The translations under genes were made by a program, and so were the position numbers. A DNA stretch of 64,000 bases, from the NCBI RefSeq assembly GCF_000315625.1, contig NW_005434537.1:13171-77170 (forward strand), written 5' to 3'. This stretch comes from Guillardia theta CCMP2712. Lineage: Eukaryota > Protista > Cryptophyta. Below the pieces are notes generated by a model, which saw only the letters and a list, made by a program, of their open reading frames with translations, had not been told where the DNA came from and ran no database searches. How positions within the stretch are numbered: the stretch's first letter is position 1; each line of letters starts with the position of its first letter. Below are positions 1-10,220 of the stretch, in pieces.

Positions 1-135
1 GCCTGCGGGGGTGGATCCCATGTGTAACAGCACAGTAAGCTTAATATGGCGAGCGGTTTATTAAAAACAACAATGTGTGCTCTTTACGGTAGATTACGGG
101 AAGGAGTACTAATCTTCCTACTCCTCATCGTCCTC

Positions 136-1116
136 CTAAACCAGTTCCAAAAGCTCTGGATCACTGTCAGACTCCGTGTCGTTGTCAATCGCCGTATGGT
201 AGACAGAGCTTGTGTTGGGGACATGTCCGTCGGAGGATTCCATATTCTTTGGAGTCTTACGTTCTCTGTTATTCTTCTCATCCTTGTCTGTTTTACGTTT
301 TTTCTCTTTGGGGACAGCTTCTTCGTTGGCGGCAGGGTTTGAGCTGATGGCATATCCATTGTGATGTACCAAACTCTTTGCAAGATTAAAGATCTTGCCA
401 TTTTCCTTAGGAGTGTTTTTATCACTCTTCTTCAGGATTGAATTGCCATGTGACATGGCATACACGAAATCACGGATAAACTTTTGATCAAATTGTTTCT
501 GCAAGTACATTTCGCAGGACCAACGGAGAATAAGTTTAAGATGTATCTTATAAAATGGCAAAGCAGTAGTTTTCTTCCTCTCCACTTTCAACATTATTTC
601 AACTTTGTCCAGTAATGTGAAAAGGTATTGGATAGCATACCAGATATGATCATGTTTGTTGATGAAATTCGTAACATCGGTCGTCTGATGGGCACAATAA
701 TTGTTCGCATTGCTCTTCGTATTTTTGATGTTATTCGTGCAGCGGCAGATGTTGCAAATATCCGTGTCCGTATCCATAGTCTCTGGTTCACAATCATTCA
801 TTTTTTTCCTGAGATTAGGCAAATTAGAGAAGGATACTTGTTCAGGATCCTGCACCCCGGGATTGGTGATGTTGAGAACTTCAAGAATGATTTGTTGAAC
901 CTCCGGATCCATTACATTTTGGGGTTCTGCTTCGATCTGGCTTTGCGACTCAGGTGTATCTTCTTCCTCATCGTTCTCCGCAGAAATATTTGGAGAAGTT
1001 GTTGGTGAAGCGGTGCTCCTTGCAGAAATATTTGGAGAAGTTGTTGATGGAGTGGTTGACTTCCAACCAGAAACAGCAACCACACATGTGAAAAGGGAAC
1101 CAAATGTCAGTGGCAT
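136..1116 (-). CDS. Hypothetical protein, possibly secreted (hydrophobic N-terminus, Ser/Thr repeat TTSPNISA x2, Cys cluster)
   Basis: Part of ORF 136..1200. ATG 1116 chosen because it lies 38 nt downstream of a GTATTTAAG box (1155-1147) and opens a hydrophobic stretch. Confidence 0.6.
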   Translation of the reverse strand: MPLTFGSLFTCVVAVSGWKSTTPSTTSPNISARSTASPTTSPNISAENDEEEDTPESQSQIEAEPQNVMDPEVQQIILEVLNITNPGVQDPEQVSFSNLPNLRKKMNDCEPETMDTDTDICNICRCTNNIKNTKSNANNYCAHQTTDVTNFINKHDHIWYAIQYLFTLLDKVEIMLKVERKKTTALPFYKIHLKLILRWSCEMYLQKQFDQKFIRDFVYAMSHGNSILKKSDKNTPKENGKIFNLAKSLVHHNGYAISSNPAANEEAVPKEKKRKTDKDEKNNRERKTPKNMESSDGHVPNTSSVYHTAIDNDTESDSDPELLELV

Positions 1117-1262
1117 GTTGTGCGTGATTGCAAACAGCATCGTATCCTTAAATACAGATACAAACAGCAGAATATTTTGACGATTTTTACTCCAGAACAA
1201 TCAACGTCTACGAACTACGTGGTGTGAACCAAACGATCAAGTTCACAGGCGTCCTTGTGTGG

Positions 1263-2525
1263 TCAGACGGGATTCAATGGCGGGACATTAATCCAGAAAG
1301 CCACAAACTGTTGCAATCTGTTCTTCAAAAGCAATGAACCAGTCCATGAATTATAACTTTTCATCGCTTCTTCTATCCCGCCATAGTTCTTCTCCGCGAA
1401 GTACTCCTGGAATTTCTCCCTGCCATTGGGGTCGTCCTTGCACTCCTGTATCTTGGCGAGCATCTCATCGACGATGCCTTTGCGGAAAGCTGCCCTGTGC
1501 TTCGCTTCCTGCTTCTTCCTTTCCTTGTCAGCAACCGCTTTCTGCTCCTTCGTATCGTCGTCAGAAATGACGATGGCTGCGATGGGACGCTGTGGCTGGG
1601 GCAGCTCCTGCACTGGCTGGGTCGGTGTGACCGGCTGATCCGCGGTAACCTGCCGCTCCTCGGTGAGAGTACGACGACGTTTTTCGCCGGGTGGCTGCTG
1701 ATCCTGATCTTGCACAGGTTGAATGGATTCGGCTGAGGTGGACGTAACCTTTGCTTTCTTGGCTGAAAAGCCTTTCTTCTTGATGGATTTGGATTTGGCT
1801 TTCATACAGTTAGGGAATAAAATTTTGAACGTATATTTGATTTGTGTTTCGTAATCTCTACAGTTCTGTTTCAGCAAGGTCACATCATGTACGAAATAAT
1901 TATTCTCGTCATCTTCAACACCACCCTTCTCCATTGCCTTGATCTTCTGACCCTTCTCCATTTCCTTGATCTTCTGACCCTTCTCCATTTCCTTGATCTT
2001 CTTATCCTTCTCCATTGCCTTGATCTTCTTATGAAGTCTGTCTGCACTGTATTGAATCCCCTTTTCTTGTGATTCAAAATCTTTGATCAATGATCTTGAT
2101 CTTCCTGGAACGCATACACCAAATTCATCAAGCGTAGGTATCATATCCTTTGTCATCTCTCTGGATTTTTCCCATTGTTCAACACTAGAGGATCTCATGT
2201 TTGTAACAAGTTTCATCTTCTTGTTATCCGAATCCAATGAGAAATTCTTGACTACAGTATCGATGGCCTTCTGTTTCATGGCCTCGTTTTCATCTTCTAT
2301 CTCACTGTTTTGCTTGTTGACTCTGCTCAAATCTTGCATGTAAACAGTTCTGTCTTTGTACTTTGCAATATCAGGTATGTCCACCAGCTTTTTGGGTTTG
2401 AAATGTTCCCAGAAACACTCGATGATGCCGCAGAGCATCGCCACGGGAAAGTAGAAGACCACATCGGACCTAGTGCCGCTGATGTTGAATTCCAACAAAT
2501 TGAAGTAATCGAAAAATTCAACCAT
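1263..2525 (-). CDS. Hypothetical Lys/Glu-rich protein with 9-aa repeats (KIK[A/E]MEK)
   Basis: 3' part of ORF 1263..3035. ATG 2525 is 33 nt downstream of GTATTTAAG; the upstream extension is an off-frame shadow of the nuclease gene. Confidence 0.7.
   Translation of the reverse strand: MVEFFDYFNLLEFNISGTRSDVVFYFPVAMLCGIIECFWEHFKPKKLVDIPDIAKYKDRTVYMQDLSRVNKQNSEIEDENEAMKQKAIDTVVKNFSLDSDNKKMKLVTNMRSSSVEQWEKSREMTKDMIPTLDEFGVCVPGRSRSLIKDFESQEKGIQYSADRLHKKIKAMEKDKKIKEMEKGQKIKEMEKGQKIKAMEKGGVEDDENNYFVHDVTLLKQNCRDYETQIKYTFKILFPNCMKAKSKSIKKKGFSAKKAKVTSTSAESIQPVQDQDQQPPGEKRRRTLTEERQVTADQPVTPTQPVQELPQPQRPIAAIVISDDDTKEQKAVADKERKKQEAKHRAAFRKGIVDEMLAKIQECKDDPNGREKFQEYFAEKNYGGIEEAMKSYNSWTGSLLLKNRLQQFVAFWINVPPLNPV
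1925..2030. repeat. 27-bp coding tandem repeat, about 4 copies
   Basis: ccttctccatt(g/t)ccttgatcttct repeated, encoding KIKEMEKGQ-like units. Confidence 0.9.
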
Positions 2526-2572
2526 GATGCGCGATACCCGACCGCGGTGGCTTAAATACGATGCCCTGTGCA

Positions 2573-3538
2573 CTACAGACTGGGCGCGGGGGCGTGGCGG
2601 CTGGCGGCGTCGAACATGGCGACCTCGATGACGCCCTTGGGGTTGAAGTTGACGATTGCGGCCCCCGCCGCCCGGTACCCCATGGAGTGGACTGCGTTGA
2701 TGTACTTCTTGATCTGGTTCTCGAACTTTCTCCACTGCGCGCACACCTTGAGCTCGACGAGGTAGTTCCCCGTCGCCAGCTCGACGAGGAGGTCCAGCTC
2801 GCCGATCTTGGCCATCTCCCCACCCGGGAGGCGCTGTACGCAGTGGAAGTGTGAGATGTGCGGGACCTGTCTCCTCGCCATCTCCATCTTGATGCAGTTG
2901 TGGTAGACCGCCTCCTGGTGGCTCACCCCCAGGGTGTTGGCGATGCACTGGCACATGAGGAGGAAGTTCAGCCACTCCCTGTTGGTCTCCACCCCCTGCG
3001 TCTGGCCCCCGTAGATCACCAGCGGCCAGGTGCATGCCGGGTCGGACGGGTTGATGGGCCGCAGCAACGGGTAGGTCGTGTCCGACGGGTCTGCAGGCGG
3101 GTCACCGGGCTCGAACATGATCACGTCCGGTGTCTCTTCCTTGTCTTGCTCCCTCCCTTCCTCCTCCACGCGGAACCCGTCCACCCGCGCAATAATGCCG
3201 TGCGCCATGCTCCTGAGCAGCCGGGTGAGGTGGGCCTCGACGAAGCCCCGCAGCGTCTGGTCGCCGCCGATCCTGGTGCGCTCCGCCACGCAGCAGAAGC
3301 CGGAGATGTGCCGGTTCCCGGCCTCCTTCCCCCTCCTCTCCAGGTCCTTCAGCAGCACGACCAGGCAGCTCTCCGCCCGGATCGTGGCGCGGAAGACGTT
3401 CCGGGAGTTGTGCCTCAGGACGATCTCCTTCCCCACCAGGTTGTAGTCCGCGGGCATAACGTTCGACAGGATCTCGTACCCAAAGGTGCTCCACTCGTAG
3501 CCGTGGGGGCGCCGGGCCTTCTTCAGGCGGGACAGCAT
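2573..3538 (-). CDS. GxxExxY-family PD-(D/E)XK nuclease with an N-terminal extension
   Basis: LGVSHQEAVY...GELDLLV...YLVELK...ENQIKKY...GAAIVNF follows the GxxExxY / D..ELK..Q..Y..G..INF pattern. Confidence 0.75.
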   Translation of the reverse strand: MLSRLKKARRPHGYEWSTFGYEILSNVMPADYNLVGKEIVLRHNSRNVFRATIRAESCLVVLLKDLERRGKEAGNRHISGFCCVAERTRIGGDQTLRGFVEAHLTRLLRSMAHGIIARVDGFRVEEEGREQDKEETPDVIMFEPGDPPADPSDTTYPLLRPINPSDPACTWPLVIYGGQTQGVETNREWLNFLLMCQCIANTLGVSHQEAVYHNCIKMEMARRQVPHISHFHCVQRLPGGEMAKIGELDLLVELATGNYLVELKVCAQWRKFENQIKKYINAVHSMGYRAAGAAIVNFNPKGVIEVAMFDAASRHAPAPSL

Positions 3539-3652
3539 GGGGTTCCGTGTGGTTCCGTGTAAACGGGCCCGCAAGTGCGGCGCTTGCAGGTCTTTTTTTT
3601 AGAACGTTTATTAATCAAAGCCACTTTTTAACACAAAACAAGACCCTATGAA

Positions 3653-4366
3653 CTACATGAAGCAGCAGCCATGCAGACTCCGGCACGCCGTCTCGCGGCA
3701 GATGTGCCCGACGATGCCGTCGTAGCTGGTGTCGATGAAGGGCTTGACCCTGGAGCTGGCGAAGCAGCGCATGCAGCAGTAGAGCCTCCGCCCCGAGTTG
3801 ATGCAGCGCGTCTCGGCGACCAGGCCCTCCGTCCTGCTGATCCTCCCAGGTAGCATGCTGAGCTCGAGGGTGTTGGTGTGGAACTGGAGCAGGTTCCCGG
3901 CGTAAGCAGGGTCGACGGGGATGTAGGTGAGGTAGCGGTTCCCAAAGCGTGGTAACCCGGTCTTGTACATCTTCAGGAAGATCTCGATCGGGTCGACCTG
4001 AAGCAACCATTCGGCCCACGCCGCCATGTCCGCCTCCGGCTCGAACCCGGTGAAGCCGTACACGCCTGGGGGCTGCGGTGTGGGAGTGAATGGGACCAGC
4101 GCGAGAGTGTCGTCGCTGGGTCCGTCCTCGGGAGGTGGAGAATCGATAGAGTCACCAGAAAGGTCATCCTCCCCGTCCTCCTGGTTACCGTAATAATCAC
4201 TGAAACCGTAAGGGAAGGTCATCTCATCATCCATCATTTCGTCGTCTTCGAAGAAGTCATCATCTTCCTCTGCTGGAAAAAGCTCAAGGGGAGACCAGGC
4301 TTGCATATCCTCATGGCAATACAGAAGATCGGTTGGGGTGTCGGTGAGTTCCTTCGCGGATGACAT
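3653..4366 (-). CDS. Hypothetical protein, acidic N-terminus and Cys-rich C-terminus (possible Zn binding)
   Basis: ORF 3653..4474, likely start MSSAKEL. Acidic run EEDDDFFEDDE; YCCMRC...HICRETAC...HGCC. Confidence 0.6.
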   Translation of the reverse strand: MSSAKELTDTPTDLLYCHEDMQAWSPLELFPAEEDDDFFEDDEMMDDEMTFPYGFSDYYGNQEDGEDDLSGDSIDSPPPEDGPSDDTLALVPFTPTPQPPGVYGFTGFEPEADMAAWAEWLLQVDPIEIFLKMYKTGLPRFGNRYLTYIPVDPAYAGNLLQFHTNTLELSMLPGRISRTEGLVAETRCINSGRRLYCCMRCFASSRVKPFIDTSYDGIVGHICRETACRSLHGCCFM

Positions 4367-4670
4367 GTCAGGCCGGCGTGGGAGATGTGGGAGGGAACGG
4401 ATGGGTCGCGTTCTTATAGGCGCTGCAGGGAATTGCGACCCAAGATGATTGCGTCCCATGTCATTACGACCCATTTTCTTAATTTTTTTTGGAATTGCGA
4501 CCCTCTCTTCCTTTTTTTTTATTCTGTTTTTTTACCATACCTCTTTTTTAATGAATTGTTTTTTTTGATGGATTGGCCATGCATGGAAAGCGCCTGGGCC
4601 ATCCCCGGGAAGATATAACAAGCTCCCCACAATCCACCGCCAAACCCTACCCCCACCGAATCTCCTGAGG

Positions 4671-5909
4671 ATGTCGCTCTTCAGCCTGATCGTGAAGAGC
4701 ATCGTCTTCGCAAGCTGCACACTCGTCTCGCTCTACTCCACCAACGAGAGGCACATCACGCTGGACCAGCAGGTCACCAACTCGAGCGTCTGCGTGCTGC
4801 TGGGCTGCACCTATTTCCTGGCCATCAAGGTCGTCTCCCTCGTCATCGCCAGGATGACCAACCGCGACCGCGACCCCAACTACAACGAGGTGGAGCCGGC
4901 CGAGGACCGCGAGCTGGAAGAGGCGATCCGCGACCTCGAGCGTCAGGAGAACGAAGAGACGGACCAGAACGAGGAGGAGACGAGAAGGAAGCACCAGGAG
5001 ACCATGCGCAAGGCCCAGGAGTTCACGCTCGACCTCGACGGCACAAGGGACAACGAGAGCACGGCGCGCTCCTTCCGCTCGTCCGTGGCACTTCCGCTCC
5101 GTGCCAAGAAGGAAGAGACCGTCACCGAGTTCCAGGAGATCATGGAGGTCTACCGCGTCGTCTACTTCATCGGGCTGAGCATCTTCGTCGCCTCATACAC
5201 CGTGGACATGACCAACGGGCTCTCGGGCATGTCGCTCATCACAGGCATCATCATCACGCAGGTCCCGGAGACGATATCCTTCATGCGGCACCGGAACCCC
5301 GAGCCCCACGTCGCCGTCAACCGCTGCTTCAGCCTCTTCTCCTTCATCTGCGTCGTCGCCGCCATCCTCGCCTTCGCCCTCAACGCCTGTGCCAACCACA
5401 CCGCCCCGGATGACCTCGTCCTCTGCACCCGCATCGAGAACCCGAGGGTCGACGTCCTCTTCGGCATTGCCCTGCCCCTGGGCGCCACCCTCCCGGTCAT
5501 CCAGGCGCAGCACACTCGCATGAACCGCGTGACGCTCTACAAGGCCGCCCCCTTCGCCTGCTGCATCGCCTGGGTCGTCTGGATGTTCGTTGGGGCGGAC
5601 AAGATCAACAACATCACAGGAAACAGCCCCCGCGACATCATCCTCTTCCTCCTCAACCCGTTCGTCAAGGGATGCGCCGTCATCACCCTCCTCTCCGGAT
5701 GCATGCAGAACAGGCGCATCGAGACCGCCACCCTCCTCGTCTTCATCCTCTTCTGCAAGGAGGTCCACCAGCACAGCCAGGACAGTGAGATGATGAAGTC
5801 GCTCGTCGTCGGGCTCGCATTCAGCTCCATCTCCCTCGCCGTCTGCATCATGAAGCACGTCCCCCTCGTCTCCGAGTCCCTCACCAGGATGGCGGCGTAC
5901 AGGGTGTAG
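4671..5909 (+). CDS. Multi-pass membrane protein (about 9-10 hydrophobic segments)
   Basis: 412-aa ORF with GC3-rich codons and alternating hydrophobic stretches; AATAAA just downstream. Confidence 0.75.
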   Translation: MSLFSLIVKSIVFASCTLVSLYSTNERHITLDQQVTNSSVCVLLGCTYFLAIKVVSLVIARMTNRDRDPNYNEVEPAEDRELEEAIRDLERQENEETDQNEEETRRKHQETMRKAQEFTLDLDGTRDNESTARSFRSSVALPLRAKKEETVTEFQEIMEVYRVVYFIGLSIFVASYTVDMTNGLSGMSLITGIIITQVPETISFMRHRNPEPHVAVNRCFSLFSFICVVAAILAFALNACANHTAPDDLVLCTRIENPRVDVLFGIALPLGATLPVIQAQHTRMNRVTLYKAAPFACCIAWVVWMFVGADKINNITGNSPRDIILFLLNPFVKGCAVITLLSGCMQNRRIETATLLVFILFCKEVHQHSQDSEMMKSLVVGLAFSSISLAVCIMKHVPLVSESLTRMAAYRV

Positions 5910-5951
5910 GCAGGGTACACACGTCTTTTACTCGTAATAAAAAGAACGACA

Positions 5952-6401
5952 TTACTCAAACCCATACATGTTGTCCAACAAGACACTTGGAACGGGAGGG
6001 ATTTCGACAATATCCGAGACCCACTCTACACTATACAAAGTGTTTTCGGAAGATTCCGGTGCCTGGTCATTCATCGGAGTAGCTTCAGCGTGATTCTTTG
6101 AACGTTTTCCTGCATATACCCGAACGATACATTTCCGCTTCCTGAGATCCAACATCGTTTTTTTGAACTCTTGACGGTTGTTCTGGAGTTGATCAAAGCA
6201 GTGCGTCAACATTTCATTCTTCACAAGGCGGCTTTTCCGAAGTAGAACATACTCATTATAGTTCACGTGAATAATCCCAGGTCCAGGGGACGGGGCGTGT
6301 CCCTTGCCATGACATTTAAACTCCACACCTAGGATATTCATAAATCGACGTCTGCCTGAGTTGTAGACCTTTTTGTTGATGTAATCAATACAATATGACA
6401 T
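5952..6401 (-). CDS. Hypothetical low-GC protein
   Basis: Part of ORF 5952..6506. TATTTAA at 6439-6433, ATG 38 nt downstream; start uncertain. Confidence 0.5.
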   Translation of the reverse strand: MSYCIDYINKKVYNSGRRRFMNILGVEFKCHGKGHAPSPGPGIIHVNYNEYVLLRKSRLVKNEMLTHCFDQLQNNRQEFKKTMLDLRKRKCIVRVYAGKRSKNHAEATPMNDQAPESSENTLYSVEWVSDIVEIPPVPSVLLDNMYGFE

Positions 6402-6512
6402 GACTGCATACATGTGCCGAGACATAAATATCTTAAATATATTCATACTACCTGAAAAAGTTGTAACGATGAAAGATTTTTGTTCTAAACATAAACACAC
6501 AAACACAACACT

Positions 6513-7247
6513 TTATTCGAACTTACAAACTCTACCAAAGAATCGATCTATTGTGGCATTGCCCTTTGGCGGCTCGGCAACAACCTTCTTCACCGTCTTC
6601 CTGGGTGCTGCCACAAGCCTCCTGGCGTGCGCCTCCCTTTCCTTGTCCAGTACTTTCCGCATGCTCTCCCCGTTGTCCCTTAGCCGCTTCTTCCTCTCTG
6701 CCTCTTCCATCTCCCTGACGAAGGAGAACGCGGGCGAGACGGGCCGCGGCAGGGGTGCGCAGACGGGGGTCTTGCCCGCCCTCACGATGCCGGCAGTAAA
6801 CCTGGGGGCAACATGCGATTCTTCTTGCATCTCTCCCTTTTTCCTCCGCGAGGGAGGCGGCCGCTTCTCCCTGCAGGGCGACATTGCCCGGAGTCGCTCC
6901 TGGACCTCCTCCGCAGTAAGCTCCGGTGCCTCCGATCGACTTGCACCCAACCCAAAGTCGAGCGGATACTGCCTCCCCAGTGCTTCCCTCCGTTCCCGGC
7001 TTTTACCCAGCATGCGGTGCAGCTCGCGCATGGCTCTGCTGCTTTCGTCGTCTTCGTCCTCCGCGGAAGCCTCCCCTGCATCCTCCTCTTCAGAGCTGCT
7101 GTCATGTTTCAATTCTCTGTATACCCCCAGGTCCACACTCCCACACTCGCCATCATCATCAATGAACCGCCTGTCCTCCGAATCCTCGCTCTCACACCCC
7201 TCGCTCTCGTCGTCCTCTTCCGGCTCGCTCTCCAGGTAGTGGGACAT
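6513..7247 (-). CDS. Acidic/basic disordered protein with a C-terminal PIP-box-like motif
   Basis: Ends KGNATIDRFFGRVCKFE, close to the Qxx(I/L)xxFF PCNA-binding consensus. Confidence 0.6.
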   Translation of the reverse strand: MSHYLESEPEEDDESEGCESEDSEDRRFIDDDGECGSVDLGVYRELKHDSSSEEEDAGEASAEDEDDESSRAMRELHRMLGKSRERREALGRQYPLDFGLGASRSEAPELTAEEVQERLRAMSPCREKRPPPSRRKKGEMQEESHVAPRFTAGIVRAGKTPVCAPLPRPVSPAFSFVREMEEAERKKRLRDNGESMRKVLDKEREAHARRLVAAPRKTVKKVVAEPPKGNATIDRFFGRVCKFE

Positions 7248-7453
7248 GGCTCTCGTCGGGCGGACGGGCCGGTCTGGCAAAAAAGGCGGGTCGGTAAAAA
7301 AAAGCGGGAAATTAAAAAAAAACTACCCATGAACTCTGGCCCCGGAAATAGTTTTTTTTTGGGGAGGGGCCGTATTTCTTAGTTCGTGGAATTCTGCCCC
7401 TCACTTTGTCCACATTCTACGCTCCCCTCCCACGCTCCCGCTTCCCTCCCGCG

Positions 7454-8185
7454 ATGGACATCAACGATCTCCTAAACAAGCCGGTGACGATGAAGCTCAC
7501 CAAGGATCACATCTTCACGATCAAGTCGTCTACCTTCCCCGACCTTCTCCCCGACATCTTCTTCCGGAAGGCGATCGAGGACGGCTCCTTTGCGTTGCTC
7601 CGCGAGAAGCAGCTCTTCATCAGCGACGAGGGCTGCAGCATCCCCGTGGTCACCGTCAACGGCATAGAGTTTCATATCATAGAGTTTCACATCTTCGTCA
7701 AGGAGGACAAAGGCACCGAGCCCGAACCACGAGAGTTCGAGGACAAGATTGCAAGCCTCGTCATATCCGCCATGCAGCAGCGCTGGGCGATGAAGGGCAC
7801 GAGACGGCAGTCGGCGCTGGATACCCAAAGGGCGCTCAGGATCATGAGCAACATCTTCAACTCCCTATGCATCGACACCCCGCTGCAGTGCAAGATCGAC
7901 AACCTCGCGAGGAGGAGGAGGATGATAACCTCCCATACCGATAAGACGCTACTCACGCAGGATGGGAAGTACTACATGCGTTTCGTCGGGTCCAATGAGC
8001 GCGTCCTAGGCATCAAACTCAGGAGCCTGCGGGATGCCAAGAGGCGGTCGGAGGAGAAGCGCATCGCCAGGAGGCAGGGCGTGGAGATGCCGAAGAGGAC
8101 GAAGCCCCTGCCACCCGTTAAACAGGAGTCACCAAAGCTGATGCAAGCGCCGGATACTTGGTTTCCAGTTGTGTGGAATTTATAA
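7454..8185 (+). CDS. Hypothetical protein, basic C-terminal half
   Basis: ORF 7406..8185, first ATG at 7454; divergent from the PIP-box gene. Confidence 0.65.
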   Translation: MDINDLLNKPVTMKLTKDHIFTIKSSTFPDLLPDIFFRKAIEDGSFALLREKQLFISDEGCSIPVVTVNGIEFHIIEFHIFVKEDKGTEPEPREFEDKIASLVISAMQQRWAMKGTRRQSALDTQRALRIMSNIFNSLCIDTPLQCKIDNLARRRRMITSHTDKTLLTQDGKYYMRFVGSNERVLGIKLRSLRDAKRRSEEKRIARRQGVEMPKRTKPLPPVKQESPKLMQAPDTWFPVVWNL

Positions 8186-8237
8186 AAACATGGTCTAATA
8201 TTTAAGACCGAACACAAACAATCTCATCAACTACAAC

Positions 8238-8870
8238 ATGTTCTCCAAAGTCATATATGATATGCAGAATACCACACAAGAACCTTCGAGCAAACGTTTG
8301 AAGGTCGCATCCTCACCGCCAGAGGTCAAGCTCGCCTGCAAAGGTGACGGTAGAGGCATGCACATCATGACATTCTGCAACGAAACGTTCTACGCCTTCG
8401 CAGCCGCAAAGCTCGCCGAGATGGGCGAAAAACTTGCCCAGGCCAAGGCTGCAATGGACGCTGATCCAGAAAGTAATCATAAGTACGTCTACAAACACAT
8501 GGACTCCGCTGTCGACAAGCTCAAAGAAGCAGTCGAGAAGGCAAAGCTTGCAGACACAATCATCACACCTTCCGCGAGCGAGGGAATCCAGAGCCATCTA
8601 TGGGAGCGGGTGAACCCATACAAATGGAGGTGTTATTACTCGCATGCCCCCATCTTCACATGCAACCACTTCAGCTTCGTGGTTGACGTCTACCACGACA
8701 GACAGCTTACGATGCAGCATGCGGATGCAGTCCATTACATTCGACCCTACACACAACGCGATAATCAGCACGACCATATCAGCTCTGATGAACTGCTCAA
8801 GCTGATAATCGAGAAGAGCATTTCACACGAGGTCGTAGATGTGGATGTGTGGTACAATAAGCAGACCTAG
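8238..8870 (+). CDS. Hypothetical protein
   Basis: 210-aa ORF; TATTTAA at 8199. Confidence 0.65.
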   Translation: MFSKVIYDMQNTTQEPSSKRLKVASSPPEVKLACKGDGRGMHIMTFCNETFYAFAAAKLAEMGEKLAQAKAAMDADPESNHKYVYKHMDSAVDKLKEAVEKAKLADTIITPSASEGIQSHLWERVNPYKWRCYYSHAPIFTCNHFSFVVDVYHDRQLTMQHADAVHYIRPYTQRDNQHDHISSDELLKLIIEKSISHEVVDVDVWYNKQT

Positions 8871-8914
8871 ATGTGTGGTACAATTAGTATACCTAAATGT
8901 GTGGTACGATAAGT
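8845..8914. repeat. 26-bp tandem repeat, about 2.7 copies, straddling a stop codon
   Basis: atgtgtggtacaataagcagacctag / atgtgtggtacaattagtatacctaa / atgtgtggtacgataagt. Confidence 0.85.
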
Positions 8915-9060
8915 AATAAAACTCTGTGCTCACTATATCACCAAGCTCACATTGGATACACTCAAGATTAGACGATTGCATCACTTGACGATGCTTATTT
9001 CGGCACGCGGCTGCATATAAACACGTGCGTCCACCCTTCAAAAAAAAAAAACCTTTTTTT

Positions 9061-9396
9061 ATGGAGGGGGAGGGGGGTTCTATTTCAAGGATCCTGGGCC
9101 TCGCCACCTTCAATCTAGCCAACGACGGCGTGGCGTTGATCTTCTGGGTAACGGGATGGAAGCTTTTCACTATAGCGTTCGAGGGTGTGACGACGGGAGG
9201 GTACGTTGCGATCTTCCTCTCGGTGGTCCTGTATCGCCTGGTGGTGTACCTCTACCGGAACCACGTCCTGACGCAGAGTCCGTTCCCTGCACAACAACAG
9301 AATATCCATGCAGTCCATCACGCGACGCACCAAGTGACTCCCTTCGACGAATTCTCCATGAGGAGGCTGGAATGGAGACCGATCTTGCAGAGGTAA
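9061..9396 (+). CDS. Small membrane protein (2 hydrophobic segments)
   Basis: GVALIFWVTGW and GGYVAIFLSVVLYRLVVYLY. Confidence 0.6.
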   Translation: MEGEGGSISRILGLATFNLANDGVALIFWVTGWKLFTIAFEGVTTGGYVAIFLSVVLYRLVVYLYRNHVLTQSPFPAQQQNIHAVHHATHQVTPFDEFSMRRLEWRPILQR

Positions 9397-9425
9397 CAGC
9401 ACAGGGCCTGGCCCTTCACATCAGC

Positions 9426-9740
9426 ATGGCGGAGGACTTCCTCACTGAGTTCCTCCGACTGAGGGCGATGCCCATCACCATCGGCTGCGCCGCCAACATC
9501 GCCAACACGATCGACGCCTTCATGTACCACATCGAGATGGCCAAGGCTGTGCTCACAGACCTCACCTACGCGCGCGGCACTGCCCCAATGAAGGCCATCG
9601 TCGCGCGGTACGAAACTATTTTGTACAACCTTGAAAAGGAGATGCGGGAGCAGAGGCTGGATTACTTCCAGGAGATCTGCGATAGGAGGGAGGAAAAAGA
9701 GAGAGAAGGAGAGATAAGGAGAGACGGAGAGACAAACTGA
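9426..9740 (+). CDS. Hypothetical helical protein
   Basis: 3' part of ORF 9156..9740 from MAEDFLTEF, downstream of the previous stop. Confidence 0.55.
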   Translation: MAEDFLTEFLRLRAMPITIGCAANIANTIDAFMYHIEMAKAVLTDLTYARGTAPMKAIVARYETILYNLEKEMREQRLDYFQEICDRREEKEREGEIRRDGETN

Positions 9741-9795
9741 ACCGTGATTTATTGTGAATACAGTCAGGTCACACTACCCTATTACTCCAGCCACC

Positions 9796-10176
9796 CTAGT
9801 ACATCAGTCCGGTGCTGTTCAGGGCCGCGTCCAGCTCCACGATCTCCTCTGCCAGGATCGTGGCCTCCTCCCGGATCTTTCCGAGATCATGAACGAATTC
9901 ACGGAGGAGATTTTCGATGACGTAGAGCTCGTGGAAGTCGGCCTTGTGAATCAGGGGGAGACGATCCATGCAGTGCCTCTCGGTCGTCTCTCTGAGCATG
10001 TTGTTCAGCTGAACGATCCTCAAGTTGTTCGCATTGATGTGCTTGCGCATCTCAATGCGGTAGCAGACATGCTTGACCATGGAGGACAGGGGCTCGTTAT
10101 AGAGCTTACTGAACTGAAAGATAGTCAGCTTTTGGTGGGGCTGGTGTGCCTCGACGTTGTTAGTGATGGTAAACAT
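9796..10176 (-). CDS. Hypothetical coiled-coil protein
   Basis: ORF 9796..10212; GTATTTAAAT 43 nt upstream of ATG 10176. Confidence 0.55.
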   Translation of the reverse strand: MFTITNNVEAHQPHQKLTIFQFSKLYNEPLSSMVKHVCYRIEMRKHINANNLRIVQLNNMLRETTERHCMDRLPLIHKADFHELYVIENLLREFVHDLGKIREEATILAEEIVELDAALNSTGLMY

Positions 10177-10220
10177 ATCCGTTTCAAGATGGCACTGCAA
10201 TCTGCAATCCATTTAAATAC

